This document shows, one piece after another, positions 50,693 to 60,168 of a stretch of DNA of 64,000 nucleotides. Below the pieces are notes generated by a model that was not told the DNA's origin, ran no database searches, and was given only the letters and a program-made list of their open reading frames with translations. Source of the stretch: an uncultured Candidatus Binatia bacterium (GTDB lineage Bacteria > Desulfobacterota > Binatia > Bin18); the NCBI GenBank assembly GCA_965214605.1, contig OZ243961.1:1952001-2016000 (forward strand), in the 5' to 3' direction. Each line of letters begins with the position of its first letter. Position 1 is the first letter of the stretch. The position numbers and the translations under genes were made by a program.

Positions 50693-52012
50693 CTAGGGGT
50701 CGCTCCCCAAACCAGAGGCAAACGCGGGACGGGCGACCTGTAACTCCGGGGCTGTGACAGCTGCCCCAGCCCCGAAGATGAACAGTCCGATACAGCCCAC
50801 AAACGCCCAGTCATAACTTCCCATATGATCAAAAATAGCCCCGGCGATGACCGGGCCGGAAGCACCCCCAATACTGAGGCCGATCGTGCCCAGCACCCCG
50901 GCGATGGTCCCAAACGCCCGCTGACCAAAATTATGGCCGACGGTTAGAGGCCACAGCACGATCATTCCACCGTAGCCCAGACCAAACAGGGGAACGAACA
51001 GCAGCAGGCTCCAAGCCCCCAACAGGTCCAGATACATGAGAAACCCGGTCCCGGCCGCCTGCATCAGCAGACAGATCGCCAAAATGTAGTGCGGACGGGG
51101 GAAATGCTCACTAAGCCAACCGGCCGCAAAGCGTCCAGCCATGCTCATGCCCAGACTGACACCGGTAAGTGTCGCCGCCAGCTCAAGCGACTGCCCCGCG
51201 TCTTGCAGAAACGCGACCTGATGAGTGTAGACCGCCCCGGCCGCCATCAGCCCGAAGCAAAAAGCCACGCCCAAAAGCCAGAAGGTCGGGGTGAAGAGGG
51301 CTTCTTTGAGCGTTCGGTCTCTCGTCGCCGGGACGTTCTGTGTGTCAGCCGGATCAACACGGTCAGCCAAGCCGTCCGAGCCCAGCGCTTGCAGTCCCTT
51401 TTCCTCTGGGGTATTGACAACAAAGAACCAGATGAGCGGAAACATTAGGCCAAGTGACAAGAGTGCTAACGCCTGATAGGCTACCCGCCAGCTAAACTCA
51501 GCGATCAAAAATCCGCACAGCGGCACTAAGACCAGCCCTCCACCGCTGGCACCGACCAAAGCGATACCCATAGCAAGGCCCCGTTTGGCTACAAACCACT
51601 GGGTCACGACCTTGCCCACCGGCATTGGACCGATGCCGGCCAGTCCTATGCCCAAGAGCAAATACCAGCCGTAATAGCTGCTCAGATTTTCTACCGTGCT
51701 CAGGAAGAGGAGGGCTATGCCGTCGATCACCGCGCTGAGTAGAAAGACTCGTCTGGCCCCAATGTGATCGACCATCCAACCCCAACCAGGCAGAGCTAAC
51801 CCGCCGATCAGTAAGTACAGCGAGAAGGCCGTTGCGGTTTCCGCCCGTGACCAGCCAAACTCTTCGGTCAGCGGCTTGAGAAAGGTCGAAAAGGTGTAGG
51901 TGAAGCCGCCGTCAATAATCGACACAAAAAACAGGACAGCAATGATAAACCAGCCGTAGAAGAAGCGCTCAGCGCCAGTTGTTCCCTCACTGTCCGTAGC
52001 GTGTTGGTCCAT
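50693..52012 (-). CDS. MFS transporter
   Basis: FFYGW, FGWSRAE, GWMVDHIGARR, WFVAKRGLAMG; many TM segments. Confidence 0.92.
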   Translation of the reverse strand: MDQHATDSEGTTGAERFFYGWFIIAVLFFVSIIDGGFTYTFSTFLKPLTEEFGWSRAETATAFSLYLLIGGLALPGWGWMVDHIGARRVFLLSAVIDGIALLFLSTVENLSSYYGWYLLLGIGLAGIGPMPVGKVVTQWFVAKRGLAMGIALVGASGGGLVLVPLCGFLIAEFSWRVAYQALALLSLGLMFPLIWFFVVNTPEEKGLQALGSDGLADRVDPADTQNVPATRDRTLKEALFTPTFWLLGVAFCFGLMAAGAVYTHQVAFLQDAGQSLELAATLTGVSLGMSMAGRFAAGWLSEHFPRPHYILAICLLMQAAGTGFLMYLDLLGAWSLLLFVPLFGLGYGGMIVLWPLTVGHNFGQRAFGTIAGVLGTIGLSIGGASGPVIAGAIFDHMGSYDWAFVGCIGLFIFGAGAAVTAPELQVARPAFASGLGSDP

Positions 52013-52220
52013 AGTGCAGATTTAGCCGAGCCTGTGAGTGTTCTTGTGGCCGCTGGCTAGCGCCCCTCTCCGCACGTGAGTGACACTTAGGGGTCGAACG
52101 GGAGCCATCTCCTGCCACTTCCCGTCAGTCTTTGTAAAAATGGGTGTCCTAGCAATGTCTGCCATATATTTCCCCATTTTCCGCATCTCCCGGTCGTCTG
52201 GTAGCCGCTTCTTGGATTCC

Positions 52221-52731
52221 TCATAGCCGCCCGCCCACCGCGTACGCGACCAGCGGGCTGATCGGCACCAGCTGAGAGATGTTGGCCCCTAGCGGCAGTG
52301 TGTCGATATGATCCATCCACTGTGGGAAAGTTTCCCAGTCAAAGGACATCGTCTGCTGCATCGGGACTAGGGGAATCACCTCGTTGCGCGACAGTGCCAG
52401 CATGGCCCACTCGGCATCTTTGGAATGAACGGGCGCAAAGCCAAATCCACAGTTCCCTATTGTGACCGAGGTCACGCCGTGCCAGCTGCCTATGGTCAGA
52501 GGTAGGGAGCCCAGTGGATCTAGGCATCGTAGTGGGGATGGAGATCAATCTCCCCGGCGCGATGATCAGGCCGCTGGCGTCCAGCACCTTTTTGCCGTCA
52601 TTGCTCTTGAGCCGCCCGATTTGTACGATCTTGCCGTCCCTGATACCGACATCGGCACGGTAGCGTGGAACTCCGGTGCCATCGACAACCATCCCACCTT
52701 TGATGACAGTATCGAACTGTGCCCATGACAC
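52221..52731 (-). pseudogene. Truncated, frameshifted N-acyl-D-amino-acid deacylase paralog
   Basis: FDTVIKGGMVVDGTGVPRYRADVG, then frameshifts at the HxHxD region; GNCGFGFAPVH; ends after roughly 170 codons. Confidence 0.88.
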
Positions 52732-52777
52732 CCTCCTTAATAATTAGGGACAAAAAACCGGCGTGGAGTGCCTAAAC

Positions 52778-53911
52778 TCAGTTAAAATGATACACCCGAG
52801 CAGCATTCCCGCCGGCTATCTTCGCTTTTTCCTCTGCGGTGCAATCGGCCAGAATATCCTCCAGAATCTGGCGAGTGCGGGGGAACGTCGCTTCTGGATG
52901 GGGGTAATCTGAACCCCACTGCAGATTGTCCACACCAATAATGTGGCGGTGCTGGATGCCTAAGGCATCTTCCTGAAAGCCCAGAAACACGTTGCGATGG
53001 AAATACTGGCTGGGCAACATATCGCCCGGGTAGCGATCCCAGTAGCCCTTCTTGAACAAGTCACGGGCGCGCTGGGTGTAGTTATAGTCAAGCCGATCAA
53101 TGAAATGGGGCACCCACGACAGCTCCATCTCGACCGCGCCGACCTGGAGTTTTGGATAGCGGGCGAAAACGCCACTATAGATCAACTGGGCCAGCGACAT
53201 CCGAACCCAGTAGTCAGCGTTGGCCAGAAAGGCCGGAGTCAACTCGTCGAACACAAAGGTTTGGCCGGGGCCAGGCCGATTTGTCCCGATGTGAAGGCCG
53301 AGCGGCATCTCCAGGTCTTGGGCGGCGGTCCATAGCTCATCGTACTTGGGGAAATCGTAGGTCTGGCCCTCACGCGGATAACAGGTGATCATAGCCCCCG
53401 CCAGCCCCATGTTTGCGCAGCGCTCCAGCTCTTTAATGCCGGCAGGCAAATCGTCAATGTCGAGCATAGCGATGCCCTTGAGCTTGTCCGGAAACGGTTT
53501 GCAGAACTCGGCCAACCAGTCATTGTAGGCCCGGAAGATGGCTGTCATGAGTTCGCTATCGGACATAGTAAACAACAGCAACCCGACCGTCGGATAGATC
53601 ACTCCGCCGTCCACCCCGTCCAGCTCCATATCTTTAACGTGCTCCTCCGGCAGGTAACCACCGGGTCGGACGTTTTCCATGGTATCGGCGCTGCTGAGTT
53701 TTTCTGGTTCCTCAAACCGTCGGCCGGTCTGGGCCCCGGCGAAAGCGCCCATGACCTTACGACCGTCGCAGAACCACCAGTCGCTTCCGTCGTCAAGACG
53801 CACAACATGTGGGGCGCGGTCGCGCCACTTGGGCTCAACTCTCGTTGACCACAGGTCGGCCGGTTCAAAAATGTGATTGTCCGAGGAGATGATCCTATAG
53901 GTATCCGTCAT
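52778..53911 (-). CDS. Amidohydrolase family protein (Amidohydro_2)
   Basis: ISSDNHIFEP, DMELDGV, YNDWLAEFC, GVFARYP, WGSDYPH, GGNAARVY. Confidence 0.92.
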   Translation of the reverse strand: MTDTYRIISSDNHIFEPADLWSTRVEPKWRDRAPHVVRLDDGSDWWFCDGRKVMGAFAGAQTGRRFEEPEKLSSADTMENVRPGGYLPEEHVKDMELDGVDGGVIYPTVGLLLFTMSDSELMTAIFRAYNDWLAEFCKPFPDKLKGIAMLDIDDLPAGIKELERCANMGLAGAMITCYPREGQTYDFPKYDELWTAAQDLEMPLGLHIGTNRPGPGQTFVFDELTPAFLANADYWVRMSLAQLIYSGVFARYPKLQVGAVEMELSWVPHFIDRLDYNYTQRARDLFKKGYWDRYPGDMLPSQYFHRNVFLGFQEDALGIQHRHIIGVDNLQWGSDYPHPEATFPRTRQILEDILADCTAEEKAKIAGGNAARVYHFN

Positions 53912-53930
53912 AGTCCCTCCTTATGTCGTA

Positions 53931-53970
53931 AAGAGTGTCGGGGCGGTTGGCTAACCGCCCCGACACTCTT
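53931..53970. terminator. Perfect 18-bp stem-loop between cupin and amidohydrolase genes (terminator or mRNA stabiliser)
   Basis: AAGAGTGTCGGGGCGGTT-GGCT-AACCGCCCCGACACTCTT. Confidence 0.55.
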
Positions 53971-53996
53971 CGGACTCCTCCCAGACGGCGAGGCTG

Positions 53997-54419
53997 CTAC
54001 AGTTCGGGCGGAGCCAGAATCGTGAAGCCAAAGAAGGGCTCACTGCTAGTGCGCAGAGTATGCGGGGCGCCGGCCGGAATCATCAGCACATCACCGGCCT
54101 TGAGATCTTGTTCTTTGCCTGACACCCGGGCGGTTGCACCGCCATCAATCACGTAAATAATCTGATCACCTTTGTGAGTATTCTCGGTGTCGTTGCTATA
54201 GTTGGCGGGCAGAGTAAATACGACCGTTTGGCTCTGCTCGGTTTCTTGCAGCTTCTTGACCGATTGGTCCTTATAATCGAACACGTTCGCCACATCGAGA
54301 CCATTCACCCCGTTCGCTGCGCCAAGCTCATTCATCTGAGCCTCAAACAGCTCATCCGAAATGAGCCCTTTCCGGTATGCCTTGAGGAGCTGCTGCACCT
54401 CAAAATCTTGTGTTGCCAT
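53997..54419 (-). CDS. Cupin domain protein with an N-terminal SHOCT-like segment
   Basis: THKGDQIIYVIDG...GDVLMIPAGAPHTL cupin motifs; N-terminal LLKAYRKGLISDELF. Confidence 0.8.
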   Translation of the reverse strand: MATQDFEVQQLLKAYRKGLISDELFEAQMNELGAANGVNGLDVANVFDYKDQSVKKLQETEQSQTVVFTLPANYSNDTENTHKGDQIIYVIDGGATARVSGKEQDLKAGDVLMIPAGAPHTLRTSSEPFFGFTILAPPEL

Positions 54420-54706
54420 ACTGCTTCTCCTTTCTCTGCGAGCTTATCACCGCCATACTCCCGGAGCAGGGCAAAAGTCAAGACTTCCCTGACTGCGACA
54501 CCGGGGCGGTTTTTAGCAGTCCGGAAAATCGGCCTTTTTCTCGTCTTCTTGTTGCCGGAGCGCTTGATCCCCAATACACCGCTTTTACCTTGCCAGCCCT
54601 GATGCGTCTCTTGCTTCACATCCCGATTCCGCCTACCTTGCCGGCTTAGTTAGTTGCCCGTAGCGTCTGGCCGCTCCGTGGAAAAAATGAGCGCTCCAAC
54701 TCAATA

Positions 54707-55246
54707 ATGAGGATAAACATGCGAAAATTTCGTCTCGCCCCAGCCTATCATACCGAACCGATTGTTTTCGGCTCCCAAGGACCGGCCTTCTCAACGCTAC
54801 GAATCGGCCAATGGGTGACCTATATGAAAGAGCAGGGCATCAAACGCGTCTGCTGCCTCCTGCATCAAGACCAGCTCCGCTCCTACAAGGAAAACCTGCT
54901 AGCCGTATACACCAAAGAGTTTGGATCGCACAATGTGTGTTGGGCTCCGATCGCTGACTACCACCTGTGCGACGTGGGTCTGCTCAAAGAACGGATTCTG
55001 CCCTTTCTCAAGGAGTCGGATCAAAACGACCAACCGGTGGTGGTCCACTGTTATGGGGGACGCGGACGGGCTGGCCAGATTCTGGCCGCATGGCTGATCT
55101 TTGGCCGGGGATTTCCGGTTACAGATGCCATCGCAGCAGTCAAAGAAATGGGCCGTAATCCCCATGAAGCGGCCGATTGGGGCAACGCCGAACCCGAGGA
55201 CTTGTACACCTTGCTAGAAGCCTGTCAATCCAGTCCGATTGTCTAG
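54707..55246 (+). CDS. Dual-specificity/protein-tyrosine phosphatase family protein
   Basis: VVVHCYGGRGR (CX5R) and PIADY loop; exact start uncertain (54707 or 54720 region). Confidence 0.88.
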   Translation: MRINMRKFRLAPAYHTEPIVFGSQGPAFSTLRIGQWVTYMKEQGIKRVCCLLHQDQLRSYKENLLAVYTKEFGSHNVCWAPIADYHLCDVGLLKERILPFLKESDQNDQPVVVHCYGGRGRAGQILAAWLIFGRGFPVTDAIAAVKEMGRNPHEAADWGNAEPEDLYTLLEACQSSPIV

Positions 55247-55367
55247 CGCCGAACCGGACGGCGGGAAAAATGAACGCTCGGCTCAACGCTTGACAGACTC
55301 CGATCAAGTATTCCATGCTGACGGTAGAAAGCCAGAACTAACAATGCTCACAATTAAGGAGGACGTT

Positions 55368-57116
55368 ATGGCTGAGTTTGATGTCATTATCAAAGATGGT
55401 ACCATTATCGACGGCACCCGTGTGCCGCGCTACAGGGGCGACGTTGGCATCAGAGATGGGAAGATTGCCAAAATAGGCCGTCTGAGCACCAGCGATGCCA
55501 AAAAGGTGTTAGATGCCAGGGGGCTGATTGTCGCCCCAGGCGGTATAGACCTACACACCCACTACGATGCTCAGCTACACTGGGACCCGTATCTGACCAT
55601 TTCCAGCTGGCATGGCGTGACCTCCGTCACAATCGGCAATTGCGGATTTGGGTTTGCCCCGGTGCACCCCAAGGATACTGAGCGAGCCATGTTGGCTTTG
55701 TCTCGAAATGAAGCCATCCCGATGGAGCCGATGCAGGTGTCCATGGCCTGGGACTGGGAAACCTTCCCCCAATATATGGATCGCATCAACGCCCTCCCCA
55801 AAGGCGTTAACATCTCCCATCTGTTCCCCCTAGGTCCCGCTGTCGCCTATGCGCTAGGCAGCTTTGACGAGGCCAAAAAGCGGTTTCCAAATGAAAAGGA
55901 AACCCAGGAAATTATTCGCTTGATGCACGAAGCGATGGATGCGGGGGCCAACGGCTGGTCGGCCCAGCAGCTGGTTCCGGGTGGCTCATCATCGGTCCAG
56001 CGCGACTTTGACGGCACGCCGATGATCACTGATATGCTCCCGGACGAGTTCTATATCGCTCTAGCCCGGGGGCTGAGTCAGCGTAACGGTGAGGGCTGCA
56101 TCCAGTTTACTCGATCAACAGTCGGGGTCGACGATCCGCGAGCAGGCATGCACAACGACTTTGATTTCAACGCCTTGCTGTCTGAAGAGAGCGGCTGTTC
56201 AGTCCTGTTTAACGCCGTGGCTGTCAATGACAAATACCCATATGTCTACCGTGCCCAGCTACGCTGGCTGGCCGAAGCTAACAAGAAGGGCACCCAGATC
56301 TTTGGACAGGCGGCCACGGCTCGGGCGCCCAACCGTATTACGTTCGAGGACTGGAACCTGTTTGACGATAGTGACGCGTGGCGTGAGGCGACCACAGGGA
56401 CGGTTGAAGAAAAGAAGGCCAAACTAGCCGATCCACGGCTCCGCCGGGAAATGCGTGAAGAGTACGACGCTGGTACCAAGTCGCGCGACTTCCTGTTTGG
56501 CGAACTAACAGAATTCATCGCCCGCAAGGTGCACAATTCAGCTCTGAAGGACAAGTACGAGGGTCTGTCGGTTGCCCAGATCGCCGAGAAGGAAGGCAAG
56601 CATGTTATTGATGCGATGTTGGATGTCTCGGTCGCGGACAATATCAAGACAGAATGGGCCGGGCCAGTGCTCAACCAAGATGTCGAAAACTACCGCGAGA
56701 TCATGGCTTCGCCCTACACCCTGCCGGGAGTATCCGACGGCGGGGCGCACATCAAGTTCATCACCCCTGGAACCTATTCAACCGACATGTTGGCCTGGAT
56801 GGTGCGTGATTCCGAAATCATGACCTTAGAAGAAGCTCACTTCCGGCTGAGTGGTTTGACCTCCTGGGCAGCCCGGATTAAAGACCGAGGCACCATACGC
56901 GAAGGGATGGCTGCAGATATCATTGTGTACGACCTGGAAAATCTCAAGATTCTGCCCTCAGAAGTCGCGCATGATCTGCCAGCTAATGAGTGGCGGCGGA
57001 TCCAGAAAGCCGAAGGCTATCGCTGGATCATGGTCAACGGTGAGGTGACCTTCGAAGACGGTCACTGCACCAATGCCACGCCGGGCGTCCTGCTGCGCAA
57101 CGGCGTGTCCGCCTAA
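55368..57116 (+). CDS. N-acyl-D-amino-acid deacylase-type amidohydrolase
   Basis: DLHTHYDAQ, GNCGFGFAP, SDGGAH; AGGAGG RBS; close paralog of 16033..17772. Confidence 0.92.
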   Translation: MAEFDVIIKDGTIIDGTRVPRYRGDVGIRDGKIAKIGRLSTSDAKKVLDARGLIVAPGGIDLHTHYDAQLHWDPYLTISSWHGVTSVTIGNCGFGFAPVHPKDTERAMLALSRNEAIPMEPMQVSMAWDWETFPQYMDRINALPKGVNISHLFPLGPAVAYALGSFDEAKKRFPNEKETQEIIRLMHEAMDAGANGWSAQQLVPGGSSSVQRDFDGTPMITDMLPDEFYIALARGLSQRNGEGCIQFTRSTVGVDDPRAGMHNDFDFNALLSEESGCSVLFNAVAVNDKYPYVYRAQLRWLAEANKKGTQIFGQAATARAPNRITFEDWNLFDDSDAWREATTGTVEEKKAKLADPRLRREMREEYDAGTKSRDFLFGELTEFIARKVHNSALKDKYEGLSVAQIAEKEGKHVIDAMLDVSVADNIKTEWAGPVLNQDVENYREIMASPYTLPGVSDGGAHIKFITPGTYSTDMLAWMVRDSEIMTLEEAHFRLSGLTSWAARIKDRGTIREGMAADIIVYDLENLKILPSEVAHDLPANEWRRIQKAEGYRWIMVNGEVTFEDGHCTNATPGVLLRNGVSA

Positions 57117-57156
57117 GCCCCCCTAAAGGCGATCCCGGTCCTCCCCTCTCCCCAAT

Positions 57157-57187
57157 AGGGCCGAAGAGAAAATATCTCTTCGGCCCT
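57157..57187 (+). terminator. Putative rho-independent terminator
   Basis: AGGGCCGAAGAGA-AAATA-TCTCTTCGGCCCT 13-bp stem, 40 nt after the stop. Confidence 0.6.
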
Positions 57188-58160
57188 CATTTCTCCGACG
57201 ATTGCCACCCTATGTGTTGAACAACTATAGGAGACGGATACTGTCTGGCTATTCAGCTGTGTATGAATGGAGGAGGCCTGCCGGGGTGGAGAACTTTTTT
57301 CAAGAGATGAAGAGGCAAATTTTGAACCAATAAGGGAGCGACGCTGGGATCCAATCGACTCCCGTCTTCTTCCTCAAACCCGAAAAGCTCTCAATGCCGC
57401 GCGGTGCTCCAGAGGCTAAAGTTCCGCACTCAGGTGCTTCAGTACGCTATTTTGCGCCACTGTGGAGGGGAGGGCATCGGTGGACCGCCAGGTCTCAAGG
57501 GAGTCCCTCACGCGTCCTCCACGCGGTGACGGGGAGGAGAAGACTCAATCAAGGACCATCTCCAGGTGTTGGGTCGCCTCATTCCCCTCAAATAGTGTCG
57601 TTTGGCCTGGCGTCGGGAAATTCTCGACCCGGACCCGTGCACCCGCCCCCCTCACAAACTCCTCCCCGGCAGTCGCCACCTCGAACGTGCTTCGGGAAAA
57701 CTCCGCCCCGCCATCATAATTGCAGTGATATTTTCAATAGGCTGACGACTCTGTTAGGAGAAGAAGGAGTTTTCGATTGCCTTCTGCAACGGCCTTCATA
57801 AGAAGCCGGTGTCGGTTTTGACCCCTGGTCCGTCCATCGGGGAATATGTGGCCTCAGGAGGCGGCAGGTTTCAGCACAGTGGTCAATCTCTTCACTCCCC
57901 GCACTCTGACTTGGGCATGAGCTTTAGCCCCATCTTCCCGGCTTTGCATGGGAAGCCGGACCCTCCGATGCCCATATGACTGTCGGCCGCCTGTGCTCGG
58001 GACGACGAAAACCGACAGACGGCACAGGGGTTTCCTCATCGTCGTCCAACCAGATTTTTTTGCGCCCCGGCTTCAGAAAGCAGGGAACGGACTCCGGGGT
58101 GGGATTCCACATGCAACTTTCTTCCTGTACTCCCGGATGACTCACCTAGTGCGCCGTATC

Positions 58161-59282
58161 CTATTTTAGTCCGGCAAAATACTCGTTGAGCGCCCGGAGC
58201 AATTCGGGCCGGTCGCTCTGGAACAGGCTCCGCCCCAAACGCTCCGCAACAGCAGCGGCCACATAGCTGGCAAAAACATGGTAGACCAAGGGCGAAAATT
58301 CCTCGCGCGCCTCGCCCTGTACGGGTAATACAGCGTGGGCATGACGGGTGACCTCGGCATCGTCCTTGTGGGTTACCGCAATGACCTGCCGGCCCAAGCC
58401 TCGTGCTGTGGCCGCCACCTCACCCGCCCGCCAATAGGAGCGGCCAGGGGGGGCGAGCACGAAGACGGGCATATCAACAGGATAGGCAAACCGCTCAACA
58501 TGCCACCACTCTTCCAAGTCCTGCCCCATGGCAAAAACGCCCGCCGCTTCGATCATCTTGGCCGCACTGAACAGAGCGGTACCATAGCTCGGCCCACTGC
58601 CCAACACCATCAGTGTGGGGCTGGCGGCAATGCGATCCGCCACCTCATAACAGCGTTCCTTTATGGCATCAGTGGTAGCATCCACAATATCGGCCAGTGC
58701 GACAAGTTCTTGGCGCAAGCTGTCCGCCTCGTGCTGAGCATATTTGCTCTGCCTCTCACCCAACTCAATCGCTACTAACAGCAGACCTATCAGGCTGGCC
58801 TGGTAGGTGCGAATCCCCGGGGAGCGTTCTTTTTGTGGCAATTCGACCACAATGGTGCGGTCTGCTACCTGTGTCGCCGCGCTGTTAGGCGTTCCGGTCA
58901 AGGCCACGGTTAAGACTCCGTGTTCTTTGGCACGTTCGAGGGCCTGCACCACGCGTCTGCTGCCACCCGAGGCCGAGATCGCAAGGAGCAAGGTTTGGGG
59001 CGGCGAAGCGGGACGCATCCATACCGAGCCATAGTCCAGGAAACGCTGCGCGCTCATTGGTTGACAGCTCACATCGGCGATCGTTTCAAAAGCCATTTCG
59101 GCGGCACACGAGGCGTGGTATGAATCCCCGTCCCCGGTCAGGTATACTTTTCTCACGGCCGTCCATTCTGCAGGGCTGAGGACAGGCCGAATCTGCTGAT
59201 CAAACGGGCGGGTCAGCCGTCGCAAATCGCCGGCTAAGCCTTCAACCTGCCTGGCCATCACCTCCGGTTTGAGTGGCTCCAT
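58161..59282 (-). CDS. Double SIS-domain sugar-phosphate isomerase/deglycase-like protein
   Basis: TGDGDSYHA, AISASG, LGSGPSYGTA..A.K..E, EEWWH motifs (GlmS C-terminal/FrlB-like). Confidence 0.85.
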   Translation of the reverse strand: MEPLKPEVMARQVEGLAGDLRRLTRPFDQQIRPVLSPAEWTAVRKVYLTGDGDSYHASCAAEMAFETIADVSCQPMSAQRFLDYGSVWMRPASPPQTLLLAISASGGSRRVVQALERAKEHGVLTVALTGTPNSAATQVADRTIVVELPQKERSPGIRTYQASLIGLLLVAIELGERQSKYAQHEADSLRQELVALADIVDATTDAIKERCYEVADRIAASPTLMVLGSGPSYGTALFSAAKMIEAAGVFAMGQDLEEWWHVERFAYPVDMPVFVLAPPGRSYWRAGEVAATARGLGRQVIAVTHKDDAEVTRHAHAVLPVQGEAREEFSPLVYHVFASYVAAAVAERLGRSLFQSDRPELLRALNEYFAGLK

Positions 59283-59310
59283 GGCTGCATCCTTGTATCG
59301 CCAGAGCGTG

Positions 59311-60114
59311 TCATTCTAGGCCCCGCACGATATCGACATACGCCTTCACCCGCTCAATATCGATCTGGCCACCCCAACCATCGCGCTCAAGGCAGGTACC
59401 CACAAATGCCCCGTCCGCCGCCGCCATCAGGCGTGAGACGTTCTCGTGGTTGGTGTAACCGGCCAAAATGATGGGCAGACCCGGCACGGCTCTGCGCACT
59501 GAGGCGATCATCTGCCGCGTTATATTTTCGTCAGGGTTCCCCAAGGACACGGCGTCCGCCCCAACATATTTCGCACTACGTGCCACCTCCGCAGTTGGTT
59601 TTGCTTCACCGAACCATTTGAACTGCATGGAGTCGACCTCGGCAATGACTTTGATACTCCCGGCATTGATCTTGTTGCGATACTCCATCACCTCGAGCGG
59701 ATTGGCCTCAACCATGCCGTGCGCGGTCAGGGTCATGCCCACTACTGTACCAGCCCGAATAAAGCTTCCCCCCGCTACCTTTGCCACTGCCAACGAAGCC
59801 TTCAGCGCATTGCGCATCAGCTGCACTCCGACCTGGAACTCGCCACCTGTGGCTTGGACGATGGCTTGAACGATCAAGCTCATTGCGGCTGTGCGCGCCG
59901 GGTCGGATTCGTCTTTGACACTGTAGATGCGGTCTACCGTCTGGACCAAGCATCCATCGGCCCCTCCGTCGTAGAGAGCCCGTGCCGACTCAATGGCGAC
60001 ATTAAGGGTCTGGTTGAAACTGCCCTCTTTATAAAACAGCGTACCGGGTAGGGGTTGGAGATGAATCATGCCCAGTACAGCTTTGCGTCTGCCAAGAATG
60101 GTAAAATCTCGCAT
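59311..60114 (-). CDS. BtpA/SgcQ family TIM-barrel protein
   Basis: GMIHLQPLPG, ALYDGGADG, GVQLMRN, ADGAFVGT. Confidence 0.85.
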   Translation of the reverse strand: MRDFTILGRRKAVLGMIHLQPLPGTLFYKEGSFNQTLNVAIESARALYDGGADGCLVQTVDRIYSVKDESDPARTAAMSLIVQAIVQATGGEFQVGVQLMRNALKASLAVAKVAGGSFIRAGTVVGMTLTAHGMVEANPLEVMEYRNKINAGSIKVIAEVDSMQFKWFGEAKPTAEVARSAKYVGADAVSLGNPDENITRQMIASVRRAVPGLPIILAGYTNHENVSRLMAAADGAFVGTCLERDGWGGQIDIERVKAYVDIVRGLE

Positions 60115-60168
60115 ACCGAGCCCTCCCCAATGTCCACCCAAAGTTCCAGTAGATGCTGAATTGCGGCT

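Noticed and set aside
57190-58160. Possible IS ends or transposase scraps in the intergenic region
   Set aside because: Only vague similarity; no paired terminal repeats or DDE motif could be supported.
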